A stretch of DNA of 63,826 nt, counting the filler, from Rhabdomonas costata (taxonomy: Eukaryota), in NCBI GenBank assembly GCA_019059605.1. It is 35 parts of 35 records of this genome, joined end to end, with 100 filler letters (N's around TTAATTAATTAA, not from the genome) between each part and the next. Parts side by side here need not be neighbours in the genome. Positions count along the whole stretch, not along the records: positions 12,792 to 14,532 come from JAHMHO010010003.1; positions 14,633 to 16,363 come from JAHMHO010010004.1; positions 16,464 to 18,190 come from JAHMHO010010005.1; positions 18,291 to 20,016 come from JAHMHO010010006.1; positions 20,117 to 21,843 come from JAHMHO010010007.1; positions 21,944 to 23,669 come from JAHMHO010010008.1; positions 23,770 to 25,495 come from JAHMHO010010009.1; positions 25,596 to 27,320 come from JAHMHO010010010.1; 27 more parts are not named here. One strand, 5' to 3'. Shown here one piece after another: positions 13,245 through 25,944 of this stretch. Within the stretch, counting starts at the first letter, position 1. Every line of letters begins with the position of its first letter. Made by a program: the position numbers and the translations under genes. The notes under the pieces were generated by a model. The model ran no database searches, was not told the DNA's origin, and saw only the letters and a program-made list of their open reading frames with translations.

Positions 13245-13921
13245 AACCATTTCTCAGTGATCTGTCACGTTCCGACGTTTGCATTTCCGTTTTTTCTGCT
13301 GGATATCTTCGTGCAATTTTAAATGTCTTTAAAAAAAAATTAAAAATAGATGACAGGCTCCTCTGGTGAGAAAGTGGCCTTTTCTCCGGCGTTTACCGTG
13401 ACTTACTTTTGTGTGTCGTTTCCAATTTTCGTGCGTTGCTGTTTTCTGCCCCAAGTTTGCGAGCATCGCGACCTGTTGAGCATCGATTCTTATGCGAAAG
13501 CTTCAGATGATCAAGGATAGAGTCCAAGTCCTATCGGCGAGCATCGCGACCTGTTGAGCATCGATTCTTATGCGAAAGCTTCTGATGATCAAGGATAGAG
13601 TCCAAAGTCCTATCGTTGAAAGAATTGGTAAAGACCGAAGTGCTTTTTTTGTTGCTGTTCCTCATCCCTGCAACGGGAACAGGGATACTTTCAATGGCCA
13701 ACGCCGGCCCAAACACCAACGGCTCGCAGTTCTTTGTCACCCTTGCCCCGACACCTGCACTTGACAGCAAGCACACCATCTTTGGGCGGGTCTGCCGGGG
13801 GATGAAGGTTGTGAAGAAGATCGGGACTGTCCTGACAGACGCCTCGGAGCGCCCGCGCGAGTCAATCCAGATCACCTCCGCTGCAGTTGTAGTGAAGCCG
13901 AGAACCCCTCGGCCAGCATAG
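12975..13921 (+). CDS. PPIL1: Cyclophilin-type peptidyl-prolyl isomerase (PPIL1-like), lacking first exon; exons 12975-13152 and 13683-13921; apparent 1-nt deletion near 13011
   Basis: [82 protein letters not shown]. Confidence 0.92.
13210..13243. repeat. (TG)n microsatellite in the cyclophilin intron
   Basis: Perfect dinucleotide run. Confidence 0.95.
13459..13615. repeat. Tandem duplication, 2 x 78/79 nt (13459-13536, 13537-13615)
   Basis: GCGAGCATCGCGACC...GTCCTATCG occurs twice, with one substitution and one 1-nt indel. Confidence 0.92.
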
Positions 13922-14360
13922 GCGCTGTCGTATCCTTGCTTTTTGCCGGGTTTTTGGCGGGTTTTCTGCTGGTGCCCCCCAGCAGTAGTGCTTTGCCCTG
14001 CCCTTCGTACTTCGGCTTTTCCCCGCAAGGCTGGGCGTTGCTTCGACCCTGTGCTATGTTGGAAGACCTTATGGCACTCTCTATTTTGCCTTGGGTTGAA
14101 GCGACTGCGTTTCCATGAAACAACAAAGGAGCTCAGAAAAATCCAAGTGCCTTACTTGCCATTTACTTGCCATTTTTTAACCAAGCCCGTTTTGCCAATT
14201 TCTTCCTTCCGGGTTGGCGATGGGCTTCCCGAAGGTGGCTGCTTGGAATTGTCGTTGAGGTTTCCTGAATTTGTTGGCGTAGGTATTCGATGAGGGCATG
14301 AGGGTGGTATCCGTTTTTCAACAGAAATACGTCACACTCTTGTGCACACAGGTGTGTTTT

Positions 14361-14363
<3 letters not shown>

Positions 14364-14391
<28 letters not shown>
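14364..14391. repeat. (GA)n microsatellite
   Basis: Perfect dinucleotide run. Confidence 0.95.
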
Positions 14392-14394
<3 letters not shown>

Positions 14395-14762
14395 GAGTTT
14401 TTCAGGGTCGGGGTCTTGTTGCACTTGCTATGACGGGGTTGCTTCCTTAACAAAACCCGACAACCTCAACTTTGTCGGGCTTACCAAAAGAAGTCTTTCT
14501 CTGTTGGGATAGAAGAGCTGAGCAACCCCACANNNNNNNNNNNNNNNNNNNNNNNNNNNNNNNNNNNNNNNNNNNNTTAATTAATTAANNNNNNNNNNNN
14601 NNNNNNNNNNNNNNNNNNNNNNNNNNNNNNNNTGGACTATGAACATTACATGGGGAAGAGGACGAGACCATTCGCCTCTGCAGCTTAAGAAACATACGAA
14701 GCAGCAAGGAAAGCATAAAAAGTGCAATAGTTGTTGCCACTGCGAAAGTTGGGTTAACCGCG

Positions 14763-14945
14763 AAACGACAGAGTCTCAACACACGATGTCTCTGATGTTG
14801 CGAGCTTCAACCTCTAAAAACTAAAAAGCTGAGTCCACTCACAGCAGTCCAAACACACAAACGACAGAGTCTCAACACTCGATGTCTCTGATGTTGCGAG
14901 CTTCAACCTCCAAAAACTAAAAAGCTGAGTCCACTCACAGCAGTC

Positions 14946-14985
<40 letters not shown>
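14763..14985. repeat. Tandem duplication, 2 x 96 nt (14763-14858, 14859-14954), running into a (CA)n microsatellite
   Basis: AAACGACAGAGTCTCAACAC...CAGTCCAAACACAC occurs twice with two substitutions. Confidence 0.92.
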
Positions 14986-14987
<2 letters not shown>

Positions 14988-15343
14988 GGAGGAGGCAGGA
15001 GAGCAGGAACAGGGCTTTGTTGGACTGTTTTTTTTTGCCCCCTCTCCTCCCATATTTTTCCTCTTGAAGTTGTGTTTTGCGCACTCTCCACACTGTTTTT
15101 TTGGGCCCCAAAATTGGGCGATGCGCGTGTAGGCGGACGCTTTTCGGGATGTCTTGGGCCGCGACCCAACACCCCTAATGCATTCATAAGTCCCAAATAT
15201 GGCATGTTTGCAGGAGGGGAGGAGGGGGCAAAAAAACAACTGATGCACATGGGGTGGCAAAACTGTTTCGCACTTTATTGACGCAAGTATCCTTTTATTT
15301 GGGTCGGGATCTTAACAATGACACTGGGGATACCAACTGAGAA

Positions 15344-16091
15344 TTAACGGGAGTGGAGTGGTGTGGGGAGTGATAGCTCGCTCGGACCCGTGAGGATAGT
15401 GTCTCGGAGGGCGTTGGCCAGGCACTCCTTGGCCTCTGCGTGGCGACCCATCAGCATCAGGTTCTGGCCGCGGTTGAACCATGCCTCGGTGCAGTGCGGG
15501 TTCAAGTCCGTCGCGTACTGTGAGAGGCGAAGACATGACAAGTTGAGATCCAGTTGGTAATGCATGCCAATTCCAGCAAAGTCTCCACCACTTGATTAAC
15601 GGAAGCAGTCCACAGCAGTCTGCGCACCAGTCCGATACAATACGCACCCCAAGGGAACCATGACTGAGAGAAAGAAAACAGCAAAGAAGTCCAACCTTGT
15701 AGATGTCCAGGGAGGCCTGCATTTTTCCCATGTGCCCGTAGCTGAAGGTCGCAAAGAAAGTAGAAGTTACGCACGAATTGTGTTGCCTGCATCCTATGCC
15801 ACGCAACTCTCCACGGCACGGAAGCCTGTCTAGCGGTGAGAAAAATTGCAGTAACAAGAGTCCCAGCATTACCAGAAGGTCTGGACTGAGGAGTGGGCAG
15901 TCATGTATTTTTGCAAACGAAAGGCAAGAAAAAAAAAGTAAAAGTGAGTGGTAGCGGGGAAAGGAGGAGACAGCGGGGGCTGAGTCAAGGCAGGGAGCAC
16001 ACCAGTTCGCCAACATCGTCACCACCCCCGAGTTCCCCACCTGAGCTCGGTCCGCGGCATGAAACAGCTCCACAGCTTTGTTGTACTCTCC
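15344..16091 (-). CDS. TPR-repeat protein, 3' part; exons 16091-16003, 15741-15696, 15517-15344
   Basis: GEYNKAVELFHAA...LANC|YGHMGKMQASLDIYK|YATDLNPHCTEAWFNRGQNLMLMGRHAEAKECLANAL fits the TPR consensus; GT-AG joins are in phase. Confidence 0.85.
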
Positions 16092-16671
16092 CTGAGAGGG
16101 TGCGTGCGGGGAAAGGGAATCCCATCCGAATGACCCCACCAAAAGGAGCGGAAAATGAAGCATCTACCTCCATCTATCTCCACACTTAAGTAAAAACAGG
16201 AATAGCGTTTACCCACTGCACGAAACAATGCGATAAAAACGAATGTAAATGCGAAAATGTGCAATGAGTCTCCTCATGGGTTCATCGGCACAATCCCTCA
16301 TGCAAGAAGCTTTGATTAGGGATTGGCCGATTCTGGTTCTCTCTCACCAAGTTCCCCAACCACNNNNNNNNNNNNNNNNNNNNNNNNNNNNNNNNNNNNN
16401 NNNNNNNTTAATTAATTAANNNNNNNNNNNNNNNNNNNNNNNNNNNNNNNNNNNNNNNNNNNNTGCTTCTTCATATGCATCATTTTAGGTGTGCGGTAGC
16501 TCACCCTTTTTCTATTTGACTTTTTCCATGTTGAGCTAGGTCAAATCACGCTTGCTTGTTGGACTCATCCGTCCTTGCCATTTGGTGCACAACAATGTTG
16601 ACACCTGTGAACATGGTCGGAGGCTGGTGTGGTTTGAGTTGCTCCGTTTTTCTTTTGATTGCACAGCTCAG

Positions 16672-18117
16672 GAAGGGGTGTTGGTGGCCTACGACGGCAC
16701 CGTCCGGGATTCTGACGGGGCGGTTGTGCAGCTGAAGTACGGCGAAGACAATGTCGACCCTACCAAGGCGGCCTACCTCTCCAACGTATCTGCAGAGAAT
16801 CAGCGGCTGAAGAGGGGCACAGCCTGAAACTGGAAGACCTGCTGGCGACATCGAAACATGTCAAACCCGACAGTTTGACAATACCAATATCATGTCGCAT
16901 TCATCGGAATGGAGGGAAAAATATATGCTGCAAAAGTACAATAATTTGCACAGTTACCCCTGAAAGAAACAGAGGAGAGAGAGGCAACGTGCCGCAAGCA
17001 GATTCTGCTTGTGTTTGTGTGTTTGCAGTTCGACTTCTTCCTGCAAAACTACGCAGTGTGCCGCCAGCGATTTCTGGAGGTGTGTTCGCGCCATCTGTCT
17101 CTTTTCCATGTGAGCGAAGTGGAGGGTTAGGGGAGACATTCCAAACACCCTCTCCCCTTGCACCAGATGTGGCTTCGCCGACCTGTTGTATTTCCCCCAT
17201 CGACCTTAGCAAGTTTAGAAGGCTTCCTTTCAATGCTTAGGGCTGTTGCGTGCGACTGTGCCATTTTTTTTCAGCAACGAGGGCCCACCGCAATGGCCGC
17301 GCTTCAGGCCAGCGGTTTGAACGGACCCTCGACGAAGTTCCAGGACAGCCTGGAACAGGTATTCGCAGAGCAGGAAAAGCGAGATGCTTCCAAATGACAC
17401 CCCGCGCCCTATTAACGTTTCGTTGGCGCTGATGGAAAAAGGTTTTGCACCCCGTTTGTGCGGGCATACGTGGATATCGTTGTGGGTGAAAAACAAAAAA
17501 AGAACCCATGGAATAGGAAGTAGCTTGCCAAATCAAATGTCTCTGCAGAATTACGGCCTGGAAAGTTGATAGATAAACGTGCGCGCTTGGGAGAGACGAA
17601 CGAGCTACCAATGGAAAGTTGGGCGATGTGGGTACTATTTTTGTTCCTGCACAGGATGTGGATGTTTATCTGCTTGGGGTGCATTTTTCCCTTCTTCGTT
17701 CTGTTTTTGTTCAGTTTCTCGAGGAGAAGCGAAAGCGGGAGGTGCCTGCGTTTGACTCCGCTCCCATTCTTGTTGAATTCCCTTTTCTTTTTTCATGTTA
17801 TGCGGTCGCAGTGTGTGTGTCCATTGTTGTGAGTGGGGATTTTATCCGGTGGCCCGTGCTTGTGACACAGAATTCTGGCGTTTGACTTTGTTTGTTCGTT
17901 GTTTCTCTAAACTAATCAAATTATTCAAACTTTTTTCTGCACGAGGAGGGGGTCGTGTCTGGAGGTGATAATTTCCCCACTGCCGCTGCCCCCCGCCTCC
18001 CCTACTCCCTTCGGACCTGTGGTTTGCTCTAAAACCTTCACCCTGACCCATCCCCTTTCGTTTTTCTTTTGTAACTTTTCTTAGGTGGTGACCGCTGGGG
18101 TTCCCTTCTGGACAGAG
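16672..18117 (+). CDS. RPA1: RNA polymerase I largest subunit, internal fragment; exons ~16672-16785, 17029-17079, 17275-17358, 17715-17741, 18085-18117
   Basis: [32 protein letters not shown] matches the RPA1-type VxYDxTVRDSDGxVVQFxYGEDG segment; followed by FDFFLQNY and [12 protein letters not shown]; all joins are phase 0 GT-AG. Confidence 0.85.
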
Positions 18118-18290
18118 GTATTGCCCATCATACTCTTTATCTTTTTGGGGGGATGGAACTAATTACTCTTTGCCTTCCCAACACACCCACNNNNNNNNNN
18201 NNNNNNNNNNNNNNNNNNNNNNNNNNNNNNNNNNTTAATTAATTAANNNNNNNNNNNNNNNNNNNNNNNNNNNNNNNNNNNNNNNNNNNN

Positions 18291-19341
18291 CGATGCACTC
18301 TGTGGTGAGCGTGACGGCGTACTTCTGGGCCCGAGGGAGGCACGGCTGGATCGTGATCGGCTCGGAGACCACGAAGAGCCCAGGAAAGCTTCCCAGGCTG
18401 AAGTTGATCCGGTAGACCTGGTCGTTGTTCCCAACCAAGACCATCCCTACACAAAATGAATGAACAGAAGACAAAGAGCAAAAAAACCTCTTTAACGAAA
18501 TCTGCAGTCATTTGAGAGAGATTGCGCAAAAGTACCGCAAAACGAGCAGCACTGCTGGGTCACTACAGAAGGTGCTCTGAAAAAAGTGTGAATGATTAAA
18601 TCACCGAGTCGTCATCATGGTCATTGTCGTTGCATAGCAGCTTCACCAGACACGCAGGAATGAGCTACAGAAGAGAGGGGAGGGAAATACCACTGAACAC
18701 AAACAGCCCCCCCGATGGACTGCGAGAGTTCCACTGGCACGCAGTGGAGATGATGTCCACACAACTGGCACTCAGCGGCATCGAAAAGTACTGGTAGAAG
18801 TCCTGAGAAAGAGGCACACGGAGAAAGAGAGCAACCCGCACGGGCGGGAAGGACGGAGATGCAGGTCCCCTTCGACCAGAAGGAGAGCTTGCGGGGTACT
18901 AAACCGAGCTGACAAACCATACTCAATTTCGATATGTTTTTCAAGCACAAAGCTCTCATTGCCTTAAGGTGGAATGCCTGAAATTTGCACCATTACCCAA
19001 CAAGCCTGAGAAAACCCACCAACACGAATGCTTGCCGGAAGAGAAGAGGAACAAAGTTCCCGTGTTCCCAGGAACGTCTGTGCAGCTGTGCAGCGAGGTG
19101 TATGTGTGTAGAGCGCACCGGGTCGTTAACCAGTGTGTAGGAGACCAGCGAGTTGTTCGCAGTATCCTGCAGCAGCAGCACAGGCTGCAGGCTCAAGGGA
19201 ATCAGCAGAACATCGTTCATCGCCGCGCTGGTGGCTGGGGTGCTGACCAAGAACCGCAGCGAGGTGGGCAGCCCCACGGTGACCTCAAACTCAAACGCCA
19301 ATGCGGTGGTGAAGCCGGAGTGTCGAAAATGCAAAGTGTAT
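18291..19341 (-). CDS. Exons of a large hypothetical extracellular/surface-type protein
   Basis: GC3-rich blocks ALAFEFEVTVGLPTSLRF...QPVLLLQDTANNSL and GMVLVGNNDQVYRINFSLG...SEPITIQPCLPRAQKYAVTLTTECI, flanked by pyrimidine-tract AG acceptors. Confidence 0.55.
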
Positions 19342-22300
19342 CTGAGAAAAGAGAGACGGGGCGAGCGAAAGAGAGAGAGAGAGAGAGCAAGGATAACGTG
19401 CGCGAGTTTCAGGCTCGTCCACGTCTTAAGTAGGAAACGTTTGCATGCTTTGCATCAGTTGCAGCCAGACTCTACATTGAGAATTGCTTATTGTTCGTAT
19501 TTGGATTGCTTGGGAGCCATGAACGGTGAGGGATTTTGGTGTTAACACTAAACAGTCCAGTTTGAGTGAATTCGCACAATGCTTGCCTGTGGAATATTGT
19601 CCCATTACCCCAAACTCTGTCGGGAATTCACCAACCAAGTTTAAATCAGTCGCGTCTTTCTTGCAGTTTTCCTGAACGTTAGGTCCGCGGCGAAGAACGT
19701 GAGAACGGTCGGGTTTTTCCTGCAAATCGACTCTGCTGCCCCTGCACGGCGCTTCATGCCGAAAGGAAACCGGCGAGAAGGGTCCTGCACAGCACATAAA
19801 CGATGACCGGCCAGCTCGCTGCAGACTGTGCCTACGTAACCGCGGTGGTTCCAATGAACGAATGCTCTGAAACTGACTCTGGATTGCTGTGAGGAGCGCC
19901 TATCGCGCCCCAGCAACCAGCAACCCACAAATCAAGAACGTCCTTGTCACCGCAATTAAAAATGCTAAACGCGCATATCAATTAGAACACGCGGAATCAG
20001 GTCAATCCACCCCCCCNNNNNNNNNNNNNNNNNNNNNNNNNNNNNNNNNNNNNNNNNNNNTTAATTAATTAANNNNNNNNNNNNNNNNNNNNNNNNNNNN
20101 NNNNNNNNNNNNNNNNACTCGGTGCTGCAAGACCTTGGTGGTGGTTTTCCGCTTGGTGGTGGTTTTCCGCGAAGCCGCGAAACGTTGCCCCCCCTCGGCT
20201 GTCTTTACGGGTGCTCTTGCACAGGGCCTGCACCACTACGTGTGCCGAGAATGCGGCCAACGGTGGAAAGGTTCGGAGTTCATCCTGGGGTTTGTGCCTC
20301 GTACCGTATGAGAACAGAACATAAGGGAGAGGAAAGCCGGAAAGACCTCTCTCTCTCTCTCTCTTTCTCCCCATACCCTGTCCACCACCCATTTGCGTGT
20401 AGCAGTGCGATTGTGCTGTGTTAAGATTGAAAAGGATGGAAAAGCCCCCCTATTGGGAGTGAACAGCCTCCCAATTTTCCCGCTTGTAGAAAAAGCAGTC
20501 TCCCTCTGCATGCGGCACAATTCAATGCACTGGGGTCTTTGGTGTGACAGAGAATTTTTCTTTCTTGTTTTGTGTGCTTTTTTTGGGCTGTTTTGGTGGA
20601 GCGGTGGGCCTCTGTGGTGTGTTCTCTCACTGCTCGCTTCTTTCCCGTATCTCGAGTGTGTGTGTACGTTGTGTTGGCACGCGCTACGCAAAGCATTTTT
20701 GTGGGCTCCCCACAGCGCTAGTGAAGGTATCATAGGACAAGGCGAGTGGGCGAATCCACTGTATCCTGTGTGCTGAGAGTTGTCCAGCTGAAGCGTAGCG
20801 ATTCGCTCGCCCCTAGCGATTCGCTCGCGCTTTTCCGATCATGAGAAGGAAGCGGCCATCGTCTGCCTTTGGCCATTGTTCTCGGGCCGAGAATGAGGCG
20901 CGTGCTTTTTGGTCCTCCACTGAAACGTGCCCCTCCCCCCAGGCACGCGTGAGATACAGAGAAATTTTGTGTTTAGTTCGATGGCTAAAAAGAAAGACAG
21001 CCTTTCTTCCAATTCACATTTACAAGGGCGTGTCTTCTTCGGCTGGCATTATGATTCTGAGCATGTATATTGCAAGCAATAAATGTGAATTCAAATGCAA
21101 ATGGTGAGTAGTTTTGCCCATTGGTACGTACGGCCCCCCAGAGTGGTGGCTGCGTCGGGACTGGAAAAATGCTCTCATCCTCTTCCGTGTCCTTTCAAAG
21201 CATTCACGGTGAACGGCAAAAATACCACGTTTCTCATGCGAAAGCAGAAAGCAGCTCTTTGCCCTTTATTTGGTAGTACCTGTGTATGCGTTTACCTGTG
21301 CGCGAGCGTTGATGCTTTGGTCTGGGTTGTCCGGTAACGCTTGTTAGGTGGGCAGGTGTACCTGCCCGAGACTTGCACCGTGATGACGAGCGAGTGAAAG
21401 CTGTTTTTTTTTCGGAGTGTCGGGTGCATGGGTAGTGACAGGAAATGCCTGCCCTTGAAATTTCTGAGATAAGTAACAACCACAAACCCAGAAATGGTAT
21501 GTGGCGGTTTTTCATTCAAAGTCTTTGTCTATTTAAATGCCGTTGTCCGGGTGTTTTTGAACCCGTGAGGTTGTTTTCGAAGCGCATGGTGGATTCTGTA
21601 ACCGCCTGCTTGAGCAGAAGGGAATGCAACGTCAGGGTTTGAACCTAGCCATTTGTTGCGGTGCTGTTCTGGTTTACAGTGGAACGTTCTTCACTTGGAA
21701 ACCTGTGGTCGAGAAATGAAGACCAGATGGTCAAAGTATTCTGGAGCTTTCATAGTACTTTCAGGGTTTTTCAGGGCTCAACGCGCTGTCAACAAAGTCA
21801 AGCATCTCAGAAACACAATTCGGAAACTCTCTTACCCAACACCNNNNNNNNNNNNNNNNNNNNNNNNNNNNNNNNNNNNNNNNNNNNTTAATTAATTAAN
21901 NNNNNNNNNNNNNNNNNNNNNNNNNNNNNNNNNNNNNNNNNNNAATTTCGATTTATTTTTTTTTTTGCTGAAACCGCTTTTCCACCTATTTGGAAAGCAA
22001 AACAAGGGAACTGCACTGCACCACACGGGATGCGATCAGCGGAAAGGCGCCGTTCATAGCGTCTCAGAGTGGTGGGTGTGCGCGTGTTCATAACATGCTG
22101 ATGTGATACAGATAGGGATAACATTGATATTTCCATATGCCAACCACACTGCGCTGGCAGTCCGGCACCACAATACTGGAATCGGGCAATGGAGTACCCG
22201 TGGAGCATAAGTGAGACGGTCGCGTTGTGCGCAGATGCTAACGCGTGTTCGAGAAGGAGGATCCAGATGTGAACAAATGGAAAGTGATTTAGCCTTGTTC

Positions 22301-23387
22301 CATAGAGATTGGCTTATTCGCTGGTGACGGTGGTTGACTGCCCGCCGGGCCGTTGAGTTCAGCCCGGGGGTGAAACCAGGTACGACGGTTCGGGTTCGGA
22401 CGCTCCAGTAGGGTATGGTTGTGTGTAATAGGGTGGAGAATAAGTGCAACAGGTTTTCGTTGAGGAGGTCCGCCCAGAAAAACCCTTCGCTTACTGCTTA
22501 TATTTGCTTTGTCCAGAGATGCGCACTCACACCTCCCTTTTTCTGTGAATGAGCTCGCGAAGGTCTCGTCTAATTTCGAAGGTTTTCGCCCCCAACTGCC
22601 ACTCTTTTCGAGCTGTGTGGAGTGGTTCCACCGTGCGCGCAACTGTGTCAGCAAAGTGCGTCTCCCGTGCCACCGCACAACACAGATGTGAGGTCGCGTT
22701 TTCAAGAAAAAGCGACAAGTTAAAAAACGAGTATTCAAACTTTTGTCGGCTTGAGGTGGTCAGATGGCATTTTGATGTGTTGCTGCATTGCTGCTTTCAT
22801 GGTTTAGAAGACCTATTGCTGTCATGAGATTTGGGCCACCATGGTTGTCTTAATCACTCTTGGCAACATGCTCCTCTGGGTGTTTTCCGCGCTCTTTGGT
22901 GCACAAATAGAGGGAGACGAATCTGCCTACCATGAATTCCAACACTGGGCTTTAACTATTTGCTTGGTAATGTTGAAGGTACGGTGCTGAAACCCATCCC
23001 TATAACAGGGTATAGCTCCCAGATTGTGCCCTTGCCAACGAGGAGGCTGCTTGGGCATTGGTTTTGGATTTGTTGGGGTCTCGGTTGTACGAAGATCTCC
23101 CTCCGCCATCGGTTTGCCTGATGCTCTTTCACCAGCAACGCCGAACTCTCAGAGAAAGAGAGAGGGACAGGGAGCTTCTGGTTTCACAGGGCCACCCTTG
23201 ATCGCTGTTGATCGTTGAATATAACCGGTTGCGCTTTTACCTCCTTGAAGCGGTACCCAGCACTTGGCTTTTCAGTGGATCTATTGCGCGCCTTTACGGT
23301 GACCTCGGAAACTCGGAAACGTGTGCATGAGGCGCAGCAGCAATTTGTTTATGAGAGAATTTTGTAGTTGCCTTTCTGCTGATGTAG

Positions 23388-23490
23388 AGAACTTTTGAGG
23401 GGGAGGGGTGCGCAGTCATGGGCTGGGGATGATCGACCCCCTCCGTCGTACGACAGCATTGCCAACGGCCCCAGCCCCATCATTGTTGAG
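23388..23490 (+). CDS. Probable internal exon with a PPxY-like motif (DDRPPPSYDSI)
   Basis: TAG acceptor near 23387 and GAG|GTGTCC donor. Confidence 0.35.
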
Positions 23491-24192
23491 GTGTCCCCAC
23501 ACACTCACACAAACATATCCTATGGTGCTGCGTGGTTGAAACTCTCGGGTTTTTTTTTTGCACTAGGCAAAGGGCTGGCTGGTGGTGGGGCTTTCTGGAG
23601 GCTGCTTTTAAGCATTACAACACTCTTGTGCCGCTTCCTGCCACGAAATACGAAATAGGAAACACAAACNNNNNNNNNNNNNNNNNNNNNNNNNNNNNNN
23701 NNNNNNNNNNNNNTTAATTAATTAANNNNNNNNNNNNNNNNNNNNNNNNNNNNNNNNNNNNNNNNNNNNTGTTGGGTGTGTGTGGTTTTTGTGGTAGGTG
23801 TGGCTTTTCCGGGGACTGGGGCAGGAGAATATATGGGATTGCGGCCTGTGGACTGCGCGCAGTGTTCGGGAACACACTCTTTACAAACTCTTCACACACT
23901 CTTCACAAACTCCTCTTTTTCCCATTTCTTCTTTATATAATCGCGCGCGCAAACTCATCTTCAACACACGCTTTCTTCATTCTTGTTGTGACCTGCCATA
24001 GAATATTTTTCTTCTTCTGATATACCGCTGCAAAATTTGGCGCCACCCTGCCTTCTCACTTTCGCGTCTCTTTTTCACCGCGCCACCGTTTTCTCATTTG
24101 GCGCACGCCACCGATTTCCTAGAATCAGAAATCGGGATTAATCCAAATCGATGGGGATTTCTGAAAACGGGAAAGTGGTGGGGTTGGCTCAG

Positions 24193-25262
24193 GGTTCATG
24201 GTAGAAGTGGGCTTGTGCTGTTCGAGGACGCCGCTTCGGAGAAGGCCTTCGTGGAGAGTCCTCCTGTGATGCACGGGATGAGTCTTCGCGTGCACCCTTC
24301 CGGGGACAGGCCGAAGACCTCCGCTGCCCTCCCTGTGCAGGGCACAGGGTCCCCTGTGGTGGTGGCCGCACACCTCCGCAGGCGTTTGCAGTACAAGACG
24401 GAGCTTAAAGTGACGAACTTGCCACCGAACTGCACGGAAAAGTCGCTGACTGAGGTCTTTTTTTTTAGATAAGACGGGGCGTTGAGGGCACTTTCCTTTT
24501 TGAACCCCCCCCCCGCACACGCACACACACACCGTGTGCAAATATATCAAAATACTATTCGTGCGTGATGCGTTATTTTCATTTCTTTCTTTTTTTTGTG
24601 TCTCTTCTTCTCTTATGCTCCATCATCAGCTTTTGATCCTGTGGTTCCCGTTTCCAGGGCACCTTTGCTTAATCTGCTCCCGTTTTCCGACATACGCCTC
24701 GCTCCATCTGCCCATGCTCGGTTTTTTGAACGCACCCCAACTCTATTGATCCCTTCACTTGCTCTTCCCTCACTGTGATTTGGTGTGGCAGGCTTTCACA
24801 AAGCTTGGAAAAGTTCTGAGCTGCTTTGTGCCGCGCTGGCCTGGGTCCAGCGTTCTGAAGGGATTTGCTCAGCTCACAATGAGCGGCCGCAAGACCTCCT
24901 CTCGGGCCCTGAAGACCCCCATCACTCTTGGAGGGAGGACCCTGAAGATCAAAGTGCAGGCCACGCACCGCCTTCCTGTGCCCAGCATTGCGGAAGCCGA
25001 AGGCTCAGGCGGGCCTCTCCCAGCTCCGGTTGGGGCTCTGGATTCTGGTTCTTCTCCTGATGCCCCCGCAGAAGGCCAGGCTGCGCCATGGTTGGTGCCC
25101 AAGCCCAAGGCCATGAATGCAGCCGCGGTTTTGCAGAAGCCGAAGAGAAAGCGGGGAGGGCCGGAGCATCGCGATTGGACCCTACACGATCCCATTGCGA
25201 AGCGCCGGAAGTACGTCCGCAAGTCTGTTCGGCGGACTATTGCAAACGCAGCCGTGGCCTAA
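24193..25262 (+). CDS. RRM RNA-binding protein, 3' part; exons ~24193-24454 and 24792-25262
   Basis: ELKVTNLPPNCTEKSLTE|AFTKLGKVLSCFV...KGFAQLTM...ALKTPITLGGRTLKI gives RNP2/RNP1; a preceding partial RRM (GLVLFED...HGMSLRV) and a basic C-terminus are present. Confidence 0.85.
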
Positions 25263-25944
25263 CTGCTCGGGAACCAAGAAACTACTAATGGTGCTAGTGA
25301 TGGTGATGGCCTCCTTTTCGGTGGGCGCGATGAAGAGTCCTGCTTTCCGGGGTTGTAATTTTGCTAACATGGCAGGAGAGGTTTCATCCTTTTTTGGTAA
25401 GCGATCCTAATGCACTCTCGCGCAGCACATTTACTTCAGTCAGAAGGACGCGTTTTGGCACCAGCCAGCGGTGCTTTCTTTGACCACCCAAAAAANNNNN
25501 NNNNNNNNNNNNNNNNNNNNNNNNNNNNNNNNNNNNNNNTTAATTAATTAANNNNNNNNNNNNNNNNNNNNNNNNNNNNNNNNNNNNNNNNNNNNTTGTG
25601 TGTGTGGGTACTGTTCTGCGGAAGAATCATTCGCGTTACTTGTGCGGTGGGTCTTCTGCGAATGTGGTGTAGGGGGTTGGGGGGTGGAAGGTTAACGTGT
25701 GTATTTTTTTTCGCTTGCCTACAACCTTGGCGTGCAATCTCTGCTCGCAGTGTTCTTTGCTGAGGTGGACGTAACGCCCAAGCGCTGCTGTTTCGGCCAG
25801 CTGCTTTGACCATCTCCCCTTTCTGGCCCCAAGAACCACTGCGATGATCAGTGGTGCGGCCGTTGTGCGATGGTGGGTGGGTGTTTTTTCTCACCTGAAT
25901 CCGTGATCCTTCATCTCCTCCTTGGGGAGGGGGGGTTGCCCCAG

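Noticed and set aside
13459-14954. Two near-perfect tandem duplications (78 and 96 nt) as CRISPR-like or functional repeats
   Set aside because: Only two adjacent units each, with no spacers and no cas genes. They occur in the two contigs whose lengths deviate most from the size-sorted series, so assembly-overlap artefacts or simple slippage are more likely.
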